Made by a program: the position numbers and the translations under genes. A stretch of 64,000 bases of DNA from Octopus vulgaris (lineage: Eukaryota). Of the stretch, positions 40,386 through 55,228 are shown one piece after another. The notes beneath the pieces were generated by a model that was not told the DNA's origin, searched no databases, and worked only from the letters and a program-made list of their open reading frames with translations. How positions within the stretch are numbered: position 1 is the first letter of the stretch; each line of letters opens with the position of its first letter. The stretch lies in contig OX597822.1 of assembly GCA_951406725.2 (NCBI GenBank), positions 64,542,001 through 64,606,000 of the forward strand, given 5' to 3'.

Positions 40386-41236
40386 GATTGATTGATTGAT
40401 TGATTCTAGTTTCAGCTTATGAGCTGTGGCCATGCTGGGGCACCGCCATTTGGTGTTGCTACTTGGTTTCACTTCATGGAGGCTTTCTAGCAACTGCTAT
40501 TTGGTGCATGAGAGAGTTCGATGCAGCTGCCCTCATCTGCCCCTCCTGCCGTGAAGTTGGTTCATCTGGGACACCTGCCAGGAAGAGATCCAGCTTCATT
40601 TTAAAGACATCTGTATCCACCCCATGCAGGTCTCTCAGGTTCTTCGGGAGGATATTGAAGAGCTGTGGGCCTCGGAAGCCCAGGCTATCTCAGAATCTTG
40701 TCCTACATCTTGATGGCAGGTTTGGAGTCCTAGGCACCACGCAGTGGCGCCCAGTTCTGGCATTTGCGTAACTCTCGATGCCAAAGTTCAGGACACTTCC
40801 CTCCAGGATCTTCCAGATGTATATTATGGCATATCTTTCCCGCCTACGCTCCAGGGAATATAATTTTAATCTCTTGAGTCTTTCCCAGTAGCTTACATTC
40901 TGCATAGAGGCTATCTTCTTTGTGTAGCTTCGTTGGATCGCCTCAAGTTCTGTGATCAACTTGACACTGGATGGTGACCATAGCTGAGAGCAATAGTCAA
41001 AGTGGCTTAGGACAAGTGTCTTCCAGAGGACCATCATGGTTTCTTGTTCTCTTGTTCTAAAGGTTCTAAGAATCCATCCAGCCAGCCGTCTACATTTCAT
41101 TGTCAGTTTAGCAACATGTACATGAAAGGTCGCGTCATCACTCATGTGAATACCCAGGTCACGCACTGATTGTGCCTCTGGGATTGCAATCCCTCCGGGT
41201 CCAGTGTATTCATAGGGTATTGCATTCAGTTTTGCA
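40386..41236 (-). pseudogene. 5'-truncated CR1/L2-group LINE: ORF2 (RT C-terminus), 3' UTR and (ATCA)n tail
   Basis: [11 protein letters not shown]...ILRTF...LVLSHFDYCSQLWSP...LEAIQR...YWERLKRLKLYSLERRRER; after one in-frame stop, GPQLFNILP...FKMKLD...VPDEP. Confidence 0.92.
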
Positions 41237-41444
41237 TGCATGTATATATACATATATATGTATATATACATATATATGTATATATACATACATATGTATG
41301 TATATATACATATATATGTATATATACATATATATGTATATATACATATATATGTATATATACATATATATACATGAGTGGATTTCGAGAAAACAGAAAG
41401 CTAGAAAGATAGATTGACAGATAGGTAGGTCGGGAAATAAGTAC

Positions 41445-41845
41445 TCTTTTACTCTTTTACTTGTTTCAGTCATGTGATTGTGGCTATGCTGGTGCACCGC
41501 CTTTAGTCGAGCAAATCGACCTCAGAACTTATTCCTTGTAAGCCTAGTACTTATTCTATCGGTGTCTTTTGCCGAACCGCTAAGTTATGGCGAAGTATAC
41601 ACACAAGCATCGGTTGTCAAGCGATGTTGGGGCGACAAACGCAGTCACACAAACATATACACATACATACACATGCATATACATATATACGACGGGCTTC
41701 TCTCAGTTTCCGTCTACCAAATCCACTCACAAGGTTTTTGTCGGCCCGATGCTATAGTAGAAGACACTTTCCCCAGGTGCCACGCAGTGGGAATGAACCC
41801 AGAACTATGTGGTTGGTAAGCAAGCTACTTACCACACAGCCACTC
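41445..41845 (-). mobile_element. SINE A, full length
   Basis: Reverse complement of the consensus. Confidence 0.9.
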
Positions 41846-41866
41846 ATGTGCCTCTCTCTATATATA

Positions 41867-41926
<60 letters not shown>

Positions 41927-42012
41927 TGTATATACATATATGTATATATATATATACATACATACATATATGTATATACATATATGTATATATATATATA
42001 TATATATGTATA

Positions 42013-42059
<47 letters not shown>

Positions 42060-42076
42060 GTATATATATATATATG

Positions 42077-42140
<64 letters not shown>

Positions 42141-42831
42141 TGTATGTATGTCTATATGTATATATACTTCAGGAACAATATATATGTAAGCTCTCACACA
42201 CATGTATGTGAGTGTGTACACATACATACATTGTGTGTATGTGTTTGTGCGCGTGTGTGTGTGTCTGTGCGTGTGTATGTGTGTGTGCATGTGTGTATGC
42301 GTGTGTGTGTGTGTGTGTGCGTGTAAAACCAAAAAAAAAAAAATTAGAGAAAAATATATAAAAATCTTACAGAACATTTCAACAAATAACAAATAACAAA
42401 TATCAGAAAAATAATAGGGAAAAAAAAAGTACAAAAACCTGACAACTAGAATCATGATGATCTGGAAAACGACAGGATGTAGTGTAGAAACTAAAAGCTG
42501 ATGGGTGCAGCCTTAGGGGAAAGCACTGATGCTTAGTGAAGCTCAGCGTATCCGGTTTCGTTCTACTCTGACGCTGTAGTCGATTACAGGTAACTAAAAC
42601 AACCCAAGCCAAACCTTCTTATTTGGTACACCCCACCTTATATTATTATCTCCTCAACAGATAGTATTTCATTCCGTTTTTTTTTTACTGTCTGCCTTAT
42701 TTTACTTGTACACTTCCTCTTTTTTCTCCAGTGTGCTCGCATACACGTAATCACTTGCACAAGCACACACGGAGACAAAGATATATGTTTATATGCTTAT
42801 ACTTATCTATATATATATTGTGGATATATAC

Positions 42832-42867
<36 letters not shown>

Positions 42868-43016
42868 ATAATATGTGTATATATATAATATGTATATATA
42901 TATATATGTACACACACACACATATATATATATACATATATAGATACGTATATATATATGTACACAAATATACATATATATATTATACATATATACGTAT
43001 ACATTTACATACAAGT

Positions 43017-43322
43017 GTATGCATATATATATACATATACATATATGCATATGTATATATATATATATATATATATGTACATATATACATATACAGATAT
43101 TGATATATACATAAACATATACATATATGTATATTTGCACATTATAATATATACATAATATATAAATATATATGTATATATGTATATGTATGTATATGCA
43201 TGTATATGCATGTATGTATATATATATATGTATATGTATGTATATATATATATGTCTGTATATGTATGTATATGTATCTATATATATATATATATGTATG
43301 TACGTATGTATGCATATGTATG

Positions 43323-43363
<41 letters not shown>

Positions 43364-43781
43364 GTATCTATCTGTATATATATGTATGTATATATTTGTA
43401 TGTATATATATATATGTCTGTATATATATGTATATGCTTATGTATATATATATATATATATCAAACATATATCAAACATATATCAAAACGTATGCATATA
43501 TATATACATATACATATATGCATATGTATATATATATATATATATATATGTACATATATACATATACAGATATTGATATATACATAAACATATACATATA
43601 TGTATATTTGCACATTATAATATATACATAATATATAAATATATATGTATATATGTATATGTATGTATATGCATGTATATGCATGTATATATATGTATGT
43701 ATGTATGCATATGTATGTATATATATATATGTCTGTATATGTATGTATATATATATATGTCTGTATATGTATGTATATGTA

Positions 43782-43824
<43 letters not shown>

Positions 43825-43960
43825 ATATGTATCTATCTGTATATATATGTATGTATATATTTGTATGTATATATATATATGTCTGTATATATATGTATAT
43901 GCTTATATATATATATATATATATATATCAAACATATATCAAACATATATCAAAACGTAT
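43017..43960. repeat. Tandem duplication (about 473 bp) of a compound TA/TG microsatellite block
   Basis: Landmarks TACAGATATTGATA, TTGCACATTATAA and TCAAACATATATCAAAACG each occur twice at the same spacing. Confidence 0.85.
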
Positions 43961-44049
43961 CTAATTTGTAGAAACGTACAACTGCAATGATATTACATCC
44001 AACACCCACCTCTCTCTCTCTCTCTCTCTGTCACAGATAAACATACACA

Positions 44050-44094
<45 letters not shown>

Positions 44095-44210
44095 TATTTA
44101 TCAATCTCGTTTTTCCCTTTTCCTTGAAATTACACCATCACATCCTTTTTTTCGTAATCCCTCACAATTTTTATCGTTTTCTACATCCTCCTTCTTATAT
44201 ACACACGCAC

Positions 44211-44251
<41 letters not shown>

Positions 44252-44444
44252 CACACACAAACACACATGCACATGCGCACACAGACATGAATGCAGAGAT
44301 ACGGGTGTGCCAGTGTGCGCGTATGCGTGTATGTATGCGACGTACGTATGTACGCGTATATATGTATATGGAGAGACTGAGACACGTGCATGCGTTCTAC
44401 ATCCACACTGTCTCACTCAATCACACAACGTCTCTATTTCACCA

Positions 44445-44482
<38 letters not shown>

Positions 44483-44974
44483 CTTTCTCTCTATCTCTGT
44501 CTCTTTCTACCTTTCGCTATCTCACACCTTCATGCACAGTTTCGTCCGAATGCATCATTCACTCTGAATTGTTTTCTGTCTCCCTCTCATATTCTATTCT
44601 CTCTCTCTGTCTATCTCTCTGTGTCTCTCTCCCTCTCTCTCTCTCTCTTGCTTGCTTTCTCTTTCAATCTCCATTTCTCCTTATTTACCATATATTCTCT
44701 CTGTCTGTCTCTCTATAAACCAATCTATCTTCCCTTCAGATTGTACCATTATTCAACGTTATCCTCTAGCGCCGTCTAACTTTAGGTATCTATTTATTTA
44801 GGCGTAGGAGTGGCAGTGTATAGGCATAGAAGTGGCTTGCTTACGAACCACTTGGTTCCGGGTTCAGTTCCATTGCGGGCACCTTGGGCAAGAGTCTTCT
44901 ACTATAGCCTCGGGCCGACCAAAGCCTAGTGAGTGGAGGTAGAAAATGCTAAAATAATTTTATAAAAAACATTT

Positions 44975-45010
44975 CAGTACCGGTTTCAGTCATTGAGACT
45001 TTTTGAACTG
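44975..45010 (-). ncRNA. Decayed hammerhead-like motif (U3/A8 plus G5C)
   Basis: CAG TTCAAAA AGTC TCAAT GACT GAAACCGGTA CTG. Confidence 0.5.
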
Positions 45011-46439
45011 TAAGTATGGAAAACAATACAAATTTTGGAAACATTAAAAGAAAAGTTTTAAAAGAATATTTGCATAGTGTTCAAATACAAGTGGCATCTT
45101 CCTTGTTTCTGTCTCTCTTGTTTACTCTTGCATACATATATATCATGTGTGTGTATATATATATATATCCGTATGTATGCAGGTGTACCGAAGCTTGTAC
45201 AAGCATTAAGATGGTGGGAATTTGAATGTTAAAGAAAGACAGAAATCTATTAAGCTATTATCTGCGTATGTGTATATGCGTTTAGGTGAATTCATAGCAC
45301 AGTATATAGGAGGTAGATGTCTAAGTGCCTACTAATGCCCTGTTCAATATAGATAGAGTGTAATGGCGGAAATTAGCTCGTTAACATCTGGATTATTGTA
45401 AGTTGCTATCACGTGATGTGAAAGACATGGCCTTCCTGGTTTATCGATGCCAATCTTAATCATACGTAATGTAACTTTGGACAGTTCTTAATATACATTT
45501 AGGCTTTCACATCTAGTCCTTTCTATCTAAGGTATAGGTTTATTGCGTGTTTGATTCGATCTGCAAAGTAATCGTTCGATTAGGGATTAGAATCACCTAT
45601 TCAGATAGAAGTAACGAAACGAAACAAAATGTAAAAAAGAACACATAAAAAAACATAAAAAATTAACACAAAACTGAATAATGGGAGTTTATTCTACTTG
45701 CGTGAATGATTTCTTCTTCTTCTTCTTCTTCTTCTTCTTCTTCTTCTTCTTCTTCTTCTTCTTCTTCTTCTTCTTCTTTTCATAGTTGTTGTTGTTTTCC
45801 TTGTTTTTGCTGCTGTTGCAGCTATTTCTTTTCATTTTTAGTATTTTATTCCCATTTCAATTTTTTTTTTATTCACTGCTTTTGCATTTTTGTTTTCAGT
45901 TTTGATTTAGTTATTTATTTCATATATTGTTCTCACAAAAAAAAAAAAAACTCCAAATTTTTATTACAATTTATTTTTCTATTTTACATATATATGAAAA
46001 ATTAATTATCCTATCACGTAAAAGATTATGGAAATTGTTGTTGTCACGGACCCTAAGGATCGACTACCATTGGCCGGTGGCGAAACCTTCAGGACTGTGC
46101 AACGTATGATGTATCCTTTGGAAAACGGAGAGTGTGTTTGCGAGAGCTACGATGGTAGGTGAATGAACGCCACCCAGTTTTGGGCAGTTGGCGATTATTA
46201 TCCAAGCGTAGAAGGCTTTCTACGTGGCTAATTGCATGGCTAACTGCAATGCATTTCACTAAATCACTTGAGGACTTGTGAGGTTGAATTTTTACGCTAA
46301 ATATGCTGCACCAATTCATTCAGTCAGTCATCTAGCGATCCATGCATCAATCCACCAGTGCATACACACACACACACACACACACACGCGCGCGCGCGCA
46401 CACACACACACACACACGCACACACACTCACACGCACAG

Positions 46440-46577
46440 AGGAGGCGTGGCTGTGTGGTAAGAAGCTTGCTTCCAAAACTCATGGCTCCGGGAGAGTGTC
46501 TTCTACTACAGCATTGGGCAGACCAGATCTTTGTGAGCGGATTAGGCAGACATAAAACTGAGAGAAGCCCGTCGTGT

Positions 46578-46628
<51 letters not shown>

Positions 46629-46880
46629 CGCATGTATGTATATATGTATATATATCTATGTGTGTGTGTCCTTGTGTTTGTGTTTGTTCACACCCATCAC
46701 TGCTTGACAACCGGTGTTGGTGTGATTATGTCTCCGTAACATGGAGGTTCAGCTAAAGAGACTGATAGGATTAGAATTAGGCTTAAAAATAAGTCCTGTG
46801 GTCGATGTATCCTACTAAAACCCCTCAAGGCCGTGCTCCAGCATGGCCGCAGTCAAATGGCTGAAACAAATAAAAAAGAG
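46440..46880 (+). mobile_element. SINE A, near full length (head fragment also at 44800-44937)
   Basis: Head, microsatellite, body and tail motifs. Confidence 0.85.
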
Positions 46881-46925
<45 letters not shown>

Positions 46926-47104
46926 CATTCATACACACACGCACATACATACATATATGTATGCATAGATGCAGTCATTCATGCATACATACATACATAC
47001 ATACATACATACATACATACATACATACATACATGCATGCATACATACATACATACATACATACATACATACATACATGCATGCATACATACATACATAT
47101 ATAC

Positions 47105-47340
47105 GTAACGCTCTTATCCCTACCCTGTAGCACTCATTAGAGACCCATTTAATGCATGTTGTGGATCATATTCTGATGAGTCAAGTAGCATCTTGTCGTC
47201 TGCAAATATCACCCAACCGATCCTATACTTATCAACCGCGATTCCACTTCCACAACAACATATAAATCCAGTTAAAGAAAATTATGAAAAAGAGGAATGG
47301 CAATACACATCCCTGTTGAAAGCCACTCAGAAAAGAGGAG
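47105..47340 (-). pseudogene. RTE-type non-LTR reverse transcriptase fragment (domains 4-5), absent from the ORF track
   Basis: GFQQGCVLPFLFFIIFFNWI, then after a frameshift GIAVDKYRIGWVIFADDKMLLDSSEYDPQHALN. Confidence 0.75.
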
Positions 47341-47641
47341 GTTGGTAAAAGAGTCAAACTCACAGTCCACAGGTCAGTTTACGTGATTATCCTTACCTAT
47401 GGTCATAGATAATGGGTTATGACCAAAATAGTACGATCACGAATTCAAGTGGCCGAAATGGGGTTGATCGTTTTTTATGTCAAGTTCTACACAAGGGCAA
47501 TTACTTGAGAAGTTCTTAGTGGAGTCCATGTTTTTTTTAAATGTTTACATGAAAAGGACCAACTGTGACTTGCATGTTTCGGCCTGTTTACCTTCTCATG
47601 ACATTCGATTATGCTTGTTTACGATAATATATCAAAGAACA

Positions 47642-48435
47642 AAGGCGGCGAGCTGGCAGAAACGTTAGCACGCCAGGTGAAATGCGTAGCCGTATTTCGT
47701 CTGCCGTTACGTTCAGAGTTCAAATTCCGCCGAGGTCGACTTTGCCTTTCATCCTTTCGGGGTCGATAAACTAAGTACTAGTTGCGTACTGGGGTCGATC
47801 TAAACGACTTCCCCAACTTACCAAAAATTTCGGGCCTTGTGCCTAGAATAGAAAAGAATTATGAGGCGCCGAGCTAGCAGAAACGTTAGCACGCCGGGTG
47901 AAATGCTTAACGGTATTCCGTCTGCCGTTACGTTCTGTGTTCAAATTCCGCCGAGGTCGATTTTGCCTTTCATCCTTTCGGGGTCGATTAAATAAGTACC
48001 AGTTATAATCGATATAATCGACTTAATCCGTTTGTCTGTCCTTGTTTGTTCCCTCTGTGTTTAGCCCCTTGTGGATAGTAAAGAAATAGGTATTTCGTCT
48101 GCCGTTACGTTCTGAGTTCAAATTCCGCCGAGGTCGACTTTGCCTTTCATCCTTTCGGGGCCGATTAAATAAGTACCAGTTATGCACTGGAGTCGATATA
48201 ATCGACTTAATCTGTTTGTCTGTCCTTGTTTGTTCCCTCTGTGTTTAGCCCCTCGTGGGTAGTAAAGAAATAGGTATTCCGTCCATCTTCACGTTCTGGG
48301 TTCAAATTTCGCCGTGGTCGACTTTGCCTGCCATCCTTTCGGGGTCAATTAAATAAGTACCAGTTACGGACTGAGATCAATGTAATCGACTTACCCTCTC
48401 GCCCGAATTTCAGGCCTCGTTCCTAAAAACAGAAA
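47642..48435 (+). mobile_element. SINE B monomer followed by a trimeric SINE B
   Basis: Four repeats of GTTCAAATT.CGCCG.GGTCGA.TTTGCCT..CATCCTTTCGGGG. Confidence 0.9.
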
Positions 48436-48914
48436 TAATTATAGTTGCTTTTACAGTGAACCATTTGAAAAGAGAAAATGATGATGTATTAGCTAATTAT
48501 TGGCTATCTGTACCCTAAAGAATACTCTCGTGGCTCAAGAAACCGAGATCGAATCCTGTCACACGCAAACGATATAATCAAGTAAATACTATCTTTTTGG
48601 TAGCTGCTAAACATCAAACAATCTCCTAAAAACGAGAGTTCAATTCTCTTTGGATTTTAAAGCGATAACCACAATGTCTAAGGCAAAACATGTGCCAAGA
48701 CGTCATATCACGTGACATGAAGTAACGTTAATGAATCACCAGTTAAATGGCTGTGTCACATGTAAAACTTCATATCCCATTATGGTAATCACTATTATTG
48801 CTTCCATCTCATTTGGTAATAACTTCCGCATCTGCGATATTCTCATCATTTTTTCTATCCCTCTCACTCACTCAGCTACTCTCTCTTCGTTCTCTTTCTT
48901 CCCTCTCTATGCTA

Positions 48915-48962
<48 letters not shown>

Positions 48963-49099
48963 GCACATGCACACATGCATACACACGCATACGCATGCGT
49001 ATACACAGAGATTAATACAAGCATGCTTCTGCATTTCCGCCTTGTCCATTTATTTTGATCCATGCGAACCCCCAGTTCTCTCAAAACTCTGATCGTCAA

Positions 49100-49577
49100 T
49101 AATAACTATGAAGATGACGGCAACGACGACGACGACGATGATGATGGTAATGATGATCATGTTGCTGGTGGTGGCGCTGCTGCTGCTGATGATGATATTG
49201 ATGATAACAATCCTGCTGCTGCTGCTGCTGCAAATGAAGATGATAACTACGAAGATGATGATGGTGATCATCATCATCCTAATCAACACCACCACCACCA
49301 CCACCACCACCACCATCATCATCGTTGTCATCGTCATCGTCGTCATCATCATCATCATTATCGTTTTTCTCCTCCTCCTCACCATCATTACCACTATGAT
49401 ATCATGATGATGATGATGATAATGATAACGATCAGTATAATTATAATGAGTATGATGATGATAATCATCATCATCATCAGCAGCAGCAGCATCAACATCA
49501 TCATCATCATCATCATCATCATCTTCACCACCACTACCACCACTATCATCATCATCATCATCATCACCACCACCACC

Positions 49578-49623
<46 letters not shown>

Positions 49624-50005
49624 CAGTCATCACTCATTATGTTAGACAGTCCATCATTAACTGCAACGTCTCCGTCGTCTTCGTTTATCATCAACACCAC
49701 TACTGTTGCCACCACCACCACCACCACCACCAGCATCATCGTCATGATCACCATAATAATCACCAACACCGCCAGCACCACCACACTGTTATCCTATAAC
49801 CGTCATCGCTGTCGTCATCGTGAGTAACATCCTCATTATTTCTCCAAACTGTATCTCCTTTCACCGGTGTTAACCAATCTTGCCACCACCACCACCACCA
49901 CCACCACAACCACCATTACCGCCGCCACCACACCACCACCACCACCACCACCACCGCCGCCGCCGCCAGCGCCGCCATCACCGCCATCGCCACCACCACC
50001 GCCCA
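49100..50005. repeat. Compound trinucleotide microsatellites (GAT/CAT/CAC)
   Basis: Direct reading. Confidence 0.93.
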
Positions 50006-50464
50006 GATTATCCTGATTGACGCTCTCACTGTTCATCCATCCATCCATCAACCATCCGTACTACACCAACACGAACAAACCAAAGACAGAAATAAGGAGC
50101 ACATGAAGAAAGCAACGACCCAGCATGTAAGCTTGACTCGACCTGCTTCAAACAGCAGTTGAATTCCATCCTCTAAGAATGCTTTAAAATTTTGGCAAAA
50201 GGTCAGCCAGCAATTTCGAAGGAGAGAGTAAGTTGATCACATCGACCCCAGTGCTCAGCTGGTCTATCGACCCTGAAAACATCAAAGGCAAGAGTCAACT
50301 TCGACGGAATTTGAACTCAGAACGGACGAAATGTCGTTAACTCAGAATGGACGAAATGCTAACGATTCTGCCAGCTCATCGCTCTATTCCGTCCTTTAAT
50401 AATTCATTATCATTCTTGAACAGGAAGATACAAAGAATGATGTAATCCAAGACACACTATGTAT

Positions 50465-50630
50465 AGGCGTAGGAGTGGTTGTGTGGTAAGTAGCTTGTTT
50501 ACGAACAACATGGTTCCGGGTTCAGTCACATTGCGTGGCACCTTGGGCAAGTGTCTTCTACTATAGCCTAGGGCCGACCAAAGCCTTGTGAGTGGATTTG
50601 GTAGACGGAAACTGAGAGAAGCCGTCGTAT

Positions 50631-50697
<67 letters not shown>

Positions 50698-50933
50698 GTA
50701 TGTCTGTGTGTGTATATGTTTCTGTGTCTGTGTTTGTCCCCCCAACATCGCTTGACAACCGATGCTGGTGTGTTTACGTCCCCATAACTTAGCGGTTTGG
50801 CAAAAGAGCCCGATAGAATAAGTACTAAGCTTACAAGGAGTAAGTCCTGGGGTGGATGTGCTCGACTAAAGGCGGTGCTCCAGCATGGCCACAGTCAAAT
50901 GACTGAAACAAGTAAAAGAGTAAAGAGTAAGAG
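50465..50933 (+). mobile_element. SINE A, full length
   Basis: Head, (TA)n, body and tail. Confidence 0.92.
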
Positions 50934-52594
50934 TATGTGAGCGAAAAGAAAGTGATATTCACGGATGTAACACCTTCAATGAAAGATAAGCTCAATGAGG
51001 TCTGACCTGGGGTTAAACAACTAGAACAATAACAATAACAACAGCACGAACCAACGAGCGTGCATCTATGTGGTCATTTGAGTTACAAGAAATAACAGGC
51101 AAATCTCCGTTGTACCATACTGTAATGTGTTGGAATCTTAAAATAGGATATGTGGGAGATTGTAGTCACAGGTTCCATAAACATGAGAAAAGGCTAGGTG
51201 TTTTGGTGGTTGTGGTCACGGTTGGCAGAATGCTTTTTTCTTTGAGATATGCATGATTAGTTTTGGCGTGGAGCTAAACAACTATAGTGAAAACAAAATC
51301 TCGCACAAAGAAACACGAGTATCATGATAAGAGTTATTGGATACGATGTAGACCCATGGCTAGTCAGAACTTATGTGCCACAACATAGAAGAATAATCAG
51401 GGCATTGTGGGTAGGATTGTGAAAAGGGACTCGTAAATCTTAACAACCCTGAAGGTCACAGAGCCAAACTAGGAGAACACCCGGTAGAAGCCGCGGAGAC
51501 GAAAAGCATGAGATTAATCATAGAGAGAAGAAAGACTAGTTGTTATATAAGTTCAAAGAATTTAGAAGACTTAGCAAAGTCAGGGAGAATTACATTACTG
51601 AAAAGTCAAAAGTAGCAACAACAGGAACAGGAGTCTTAGATTCCAGAGTACCACCGGCCAAAGCGTCTGAGGGTTAGCAATGAAAATATCTTGAAACCCC
51701 GTATCAGAAACAGATGAGCAAATACCGCGTCCCCTATGAGAACGGATATGTAGTACCACACCAACATCGTGCGATGAGGAAGAAATAATTACAGTTGAAA
51801 ATAAGAAAGGAAAAGAAAAAATATTACAGAAACGAAACGAATCAATATAAAACAACGGACAGAATTGAAGAGGAACACTTTCTTCTAGACGATATTGAGA
51901 TTCCTTCACAAGAACTTAATGAAAAACTGGAAAAGGCAAAGATGAATGAAAATTCAGTTCTTCTTAAACCAAACAGTTAATGGAGGGGATTACGCATCTG
52001 TGGTGTCATGGACACATCAAATAAGTTGTAATGACACTTGAGATGAATGTTTTTCCTTTTCAACTTCAATTGTCTTTAGAAAATGTCCGCTAGTGCGTTC
52101 GGTTGCACTCAGCCATAATTTTAAGGGAACTCAACTCAAACTAGCGTTGGATAAAATGCTTAACGGGATTTGTTTCAGTTCTTTACGTTCTGAGTTTAAA
52201 ATCAAACCAAGTTCAACTTTCATTTTCATCCTTTCATGATCGATAAGATAAAGTACCAAGGTCGATGTAATATAATAGATTATCTCCTTCTCCTTAAAAT
52301 TTCAGGCCCTGTGTCTATTATAGAAAGGATTGTTGTTATCATTATTATAGTTAAGTCGACTAGTTGACTGAATCATTAGCACGCGGCATTTCGTCCGTCT
52401 TCAGTTTCAGAGAAAAAATTCCAATGAGGTCGACTTAGCGTGTCATGCAACGGGGTTTAATAAAAAAAAAGTACTAGTTGAGCATTGAGGTCGATGTAAT
52501 CGACGAGCGCCCTCCCACAAGATTTCTTGTCCTCTGCTTATTATACAAACAATTATTATATTTTAATATTTAAATTATTATTGCTATTATTACT

Positions 52595-52796
52595 ATTTTA
52601 CTCTTTTACTTGTTTCAGTCATTTGACTGCGGCCATGTTGGAGCACCGCCTTTAGTCGAGGAAATCGACCCCAGAACTTATTCTTTGTAAGCCTAGTACT
52701 TATTCTATCTGTCTCTTTGCTCAACCGCTAATTGACGGGGGCGCAAACACACCAGCATCGGTTGTCAAGCGATGATGCGGGGGCAAACAGAGACAC

Positions 52797-52845
<49 letters not shown>

Positions 52846-53013
52846 CATATATACGACAGTTTCTTTCAGTTTCCATCTACCGAATCCACTCACAAGGCTT
52901 TGGTCGGCCCGAGGCTATAGTAGAAGATATTTGCCCAACGTGCCACGCAGTGGGACTGAACCCGGAACCATGTGGTAGGTAAGTAAGCTACTTACCACAC
53001 AGCTACTCCTGCG
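52595..53013 (-). mobile_element. SINE A, full length, amid SINE B fragments (52150-52550 and 53027-53230)
   Basis: Consensus motifs. Confidence 0.88.
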
Positions 53014-53249
53014 CATTCTTATTATTAGGCGAGCTGGTTGAAACGTTAGTGCGTTGGCCGAAATGCTTAGCGGTATTTTGCCCGTCGGTACGATCTGAGT
53101 TCAAATTTCGCTGATCTCGACTTTGCCTTTCATCCTTTCGAGATCGATAAATCAAGTACCAGTGAAATACTAGGGATCAATGTAATCGACTTAACCCCTC
53201 CTCACCAATTAAGACGGCGAGCTAGTAGAATCAATAAGTTATAATTTTC

Positions 53250-53610
53250 TTCTGGTCGAGTAACCCATCCCGCTCAAAAGGTCCCTGAATAAGGGTTGTT
53301 TAAGGATGTTGAACGAAACACTCATGTTTCCAGAGATGAATTATTCAAACACCAAAGAATCCCTCTCAACATATGGCTATGATGCGGCCCCACTACTTCT
53401 GCTCGTGATCAGAGATGCACATATCGTCAGCCACTAAGGGACATGCTCAACTGGTTAAGGTCAAACAACTGACAAGCAAATCTGTAGTATTGAGCAGAAT
53501 ATTTGCTGCAGCCCATCTTATATTCCAATACAAAACAACTTACATGATAACACTTCCAATCAGTTAAGATCAGAGGCCATGAGAGCCACTGCCTGGTACT
53601 GCATCAGGGC

Positions 53611-53677
<67 letters not shown>

Positions 53678-53696
53678 ATCATCGTTGTTGTTGTTG

Positions 53697-53790
<94 letters not shown>
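53250..53790 (+). mobile_element. Probable 3' end of a retroposon running into a (TTA)n tail
   Basis: Complex segment ending abruptly at CATCAGGGCATT(TAT)n; family not identified. Confidence 0.4.
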
Positions 53791-53791
<1 letters not shown>

Positions 53792-54359
53792 GTCGTTGTC
53801 AATCTTATAATAATCTGTACAAGTGTAGTAGAACTGGTAAACCGCAGAGGGCAGTTCCGAGGTGAGGTTTCTTCAATTTGTGAAAGAAAGGATGGCAAAT
53901 CTTTACGTATTCTACAAGTTGAAAGCTCAGAGAATCAAGTTCTGGATATTGTCATCGGAGGTGATGAGGATATTGGATGTTGTGTTAAAGGTTGGTATGT
54001 CAAGGAGAGACAACTAAAACAGAAACAACAACAACAGAAACAACAACGCCAACAGCAACAACAACGATTACAACAACATCGGCAACTACAATAATAATAA
54101 CCACTACGATCTCATCAAATTTGAGTGACTTCATGATTGCTGGGCGAAATGCTTTTAAAAATAATCGATAATTGAGGAAAAGATTGTATCTTTCGATTGG
54201 CGTGTTGCTGTACGTATGTGTTTGTGCGTGCGTTTCTCTGTATGTATGCATGCGCTTGCATAACTATATATATGCATACATATACACATATGTTTATGTA
54301 CATGGTTATATGTGTGTGTGTGTGTATGTTACGAAGTGAGTGAATCCATGAGTATGTAC

Positions 54360-54394
<35 letters not shown>

Positions 54395-54529
54395 TTTATG
54401 TATGTATGTATATATGTATGTATTTATATGTACACACAAATGCATGCATACATATGCGTACACACATGCTCACACACACATTCACAAGCACAGGTACACA
54501 CATACACATTTACATATGAATATATATAT

Positions 54530-54573
<44 letters not shown>

Positions 54574-54635
54574 CTGTGAGACAATGCACGTATGCTTATG
54601 TACATATGTATGTATGCATGTATGTGTGTGCATGC

Positions 54636-54730
<95 letters not shown>

Positions 54731-54894
54731 CGTACATATACATACATACATATGTATATATATACATACATACATATATATGTATATATATATGTATGTA
54801 TATATATATATGAGCTTATGGGTTTCTTAGTATTTGCAAAACTTTGAGGATATATGAATGCTGAATGCATGTATGGAATTATGTGCTTGCGTGT

Positions 54895-54918
54895 GTACTA
54901 CTACTACTACTACTACTT

Positions 54919-54968
<50 letters not shown>

Positions 54969-55043
54969 GCAAAGGGATTCTAAGCCTTGTTCTTCTAAAA
55001 CCCAAAGCTTTAGTTTTGCTTGGATACATCTTTTTCCTCTTCG

Positions 55044-55137
<94 letters not shown>

Positions 55138-55151
55138 TATCATCATCATCG

Positions 55152-55228
<77 letters not shown>

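Noticed and set aside
41752-43990. Many YI/CV/HT-repeat ORFs here and across the window
   Set aside because: Dinucleotide microsatellite translations
46042-46270. TGTCACGG start suggestive of a solo LTR
   Set aside because: No matching CA end, TSD, PBS or second copy found
51250-51980. Purine-rich, ORF1-like stretch (ORF 51795-51980)
   Set aside because: Short, interrupted, and without a recognisable motif
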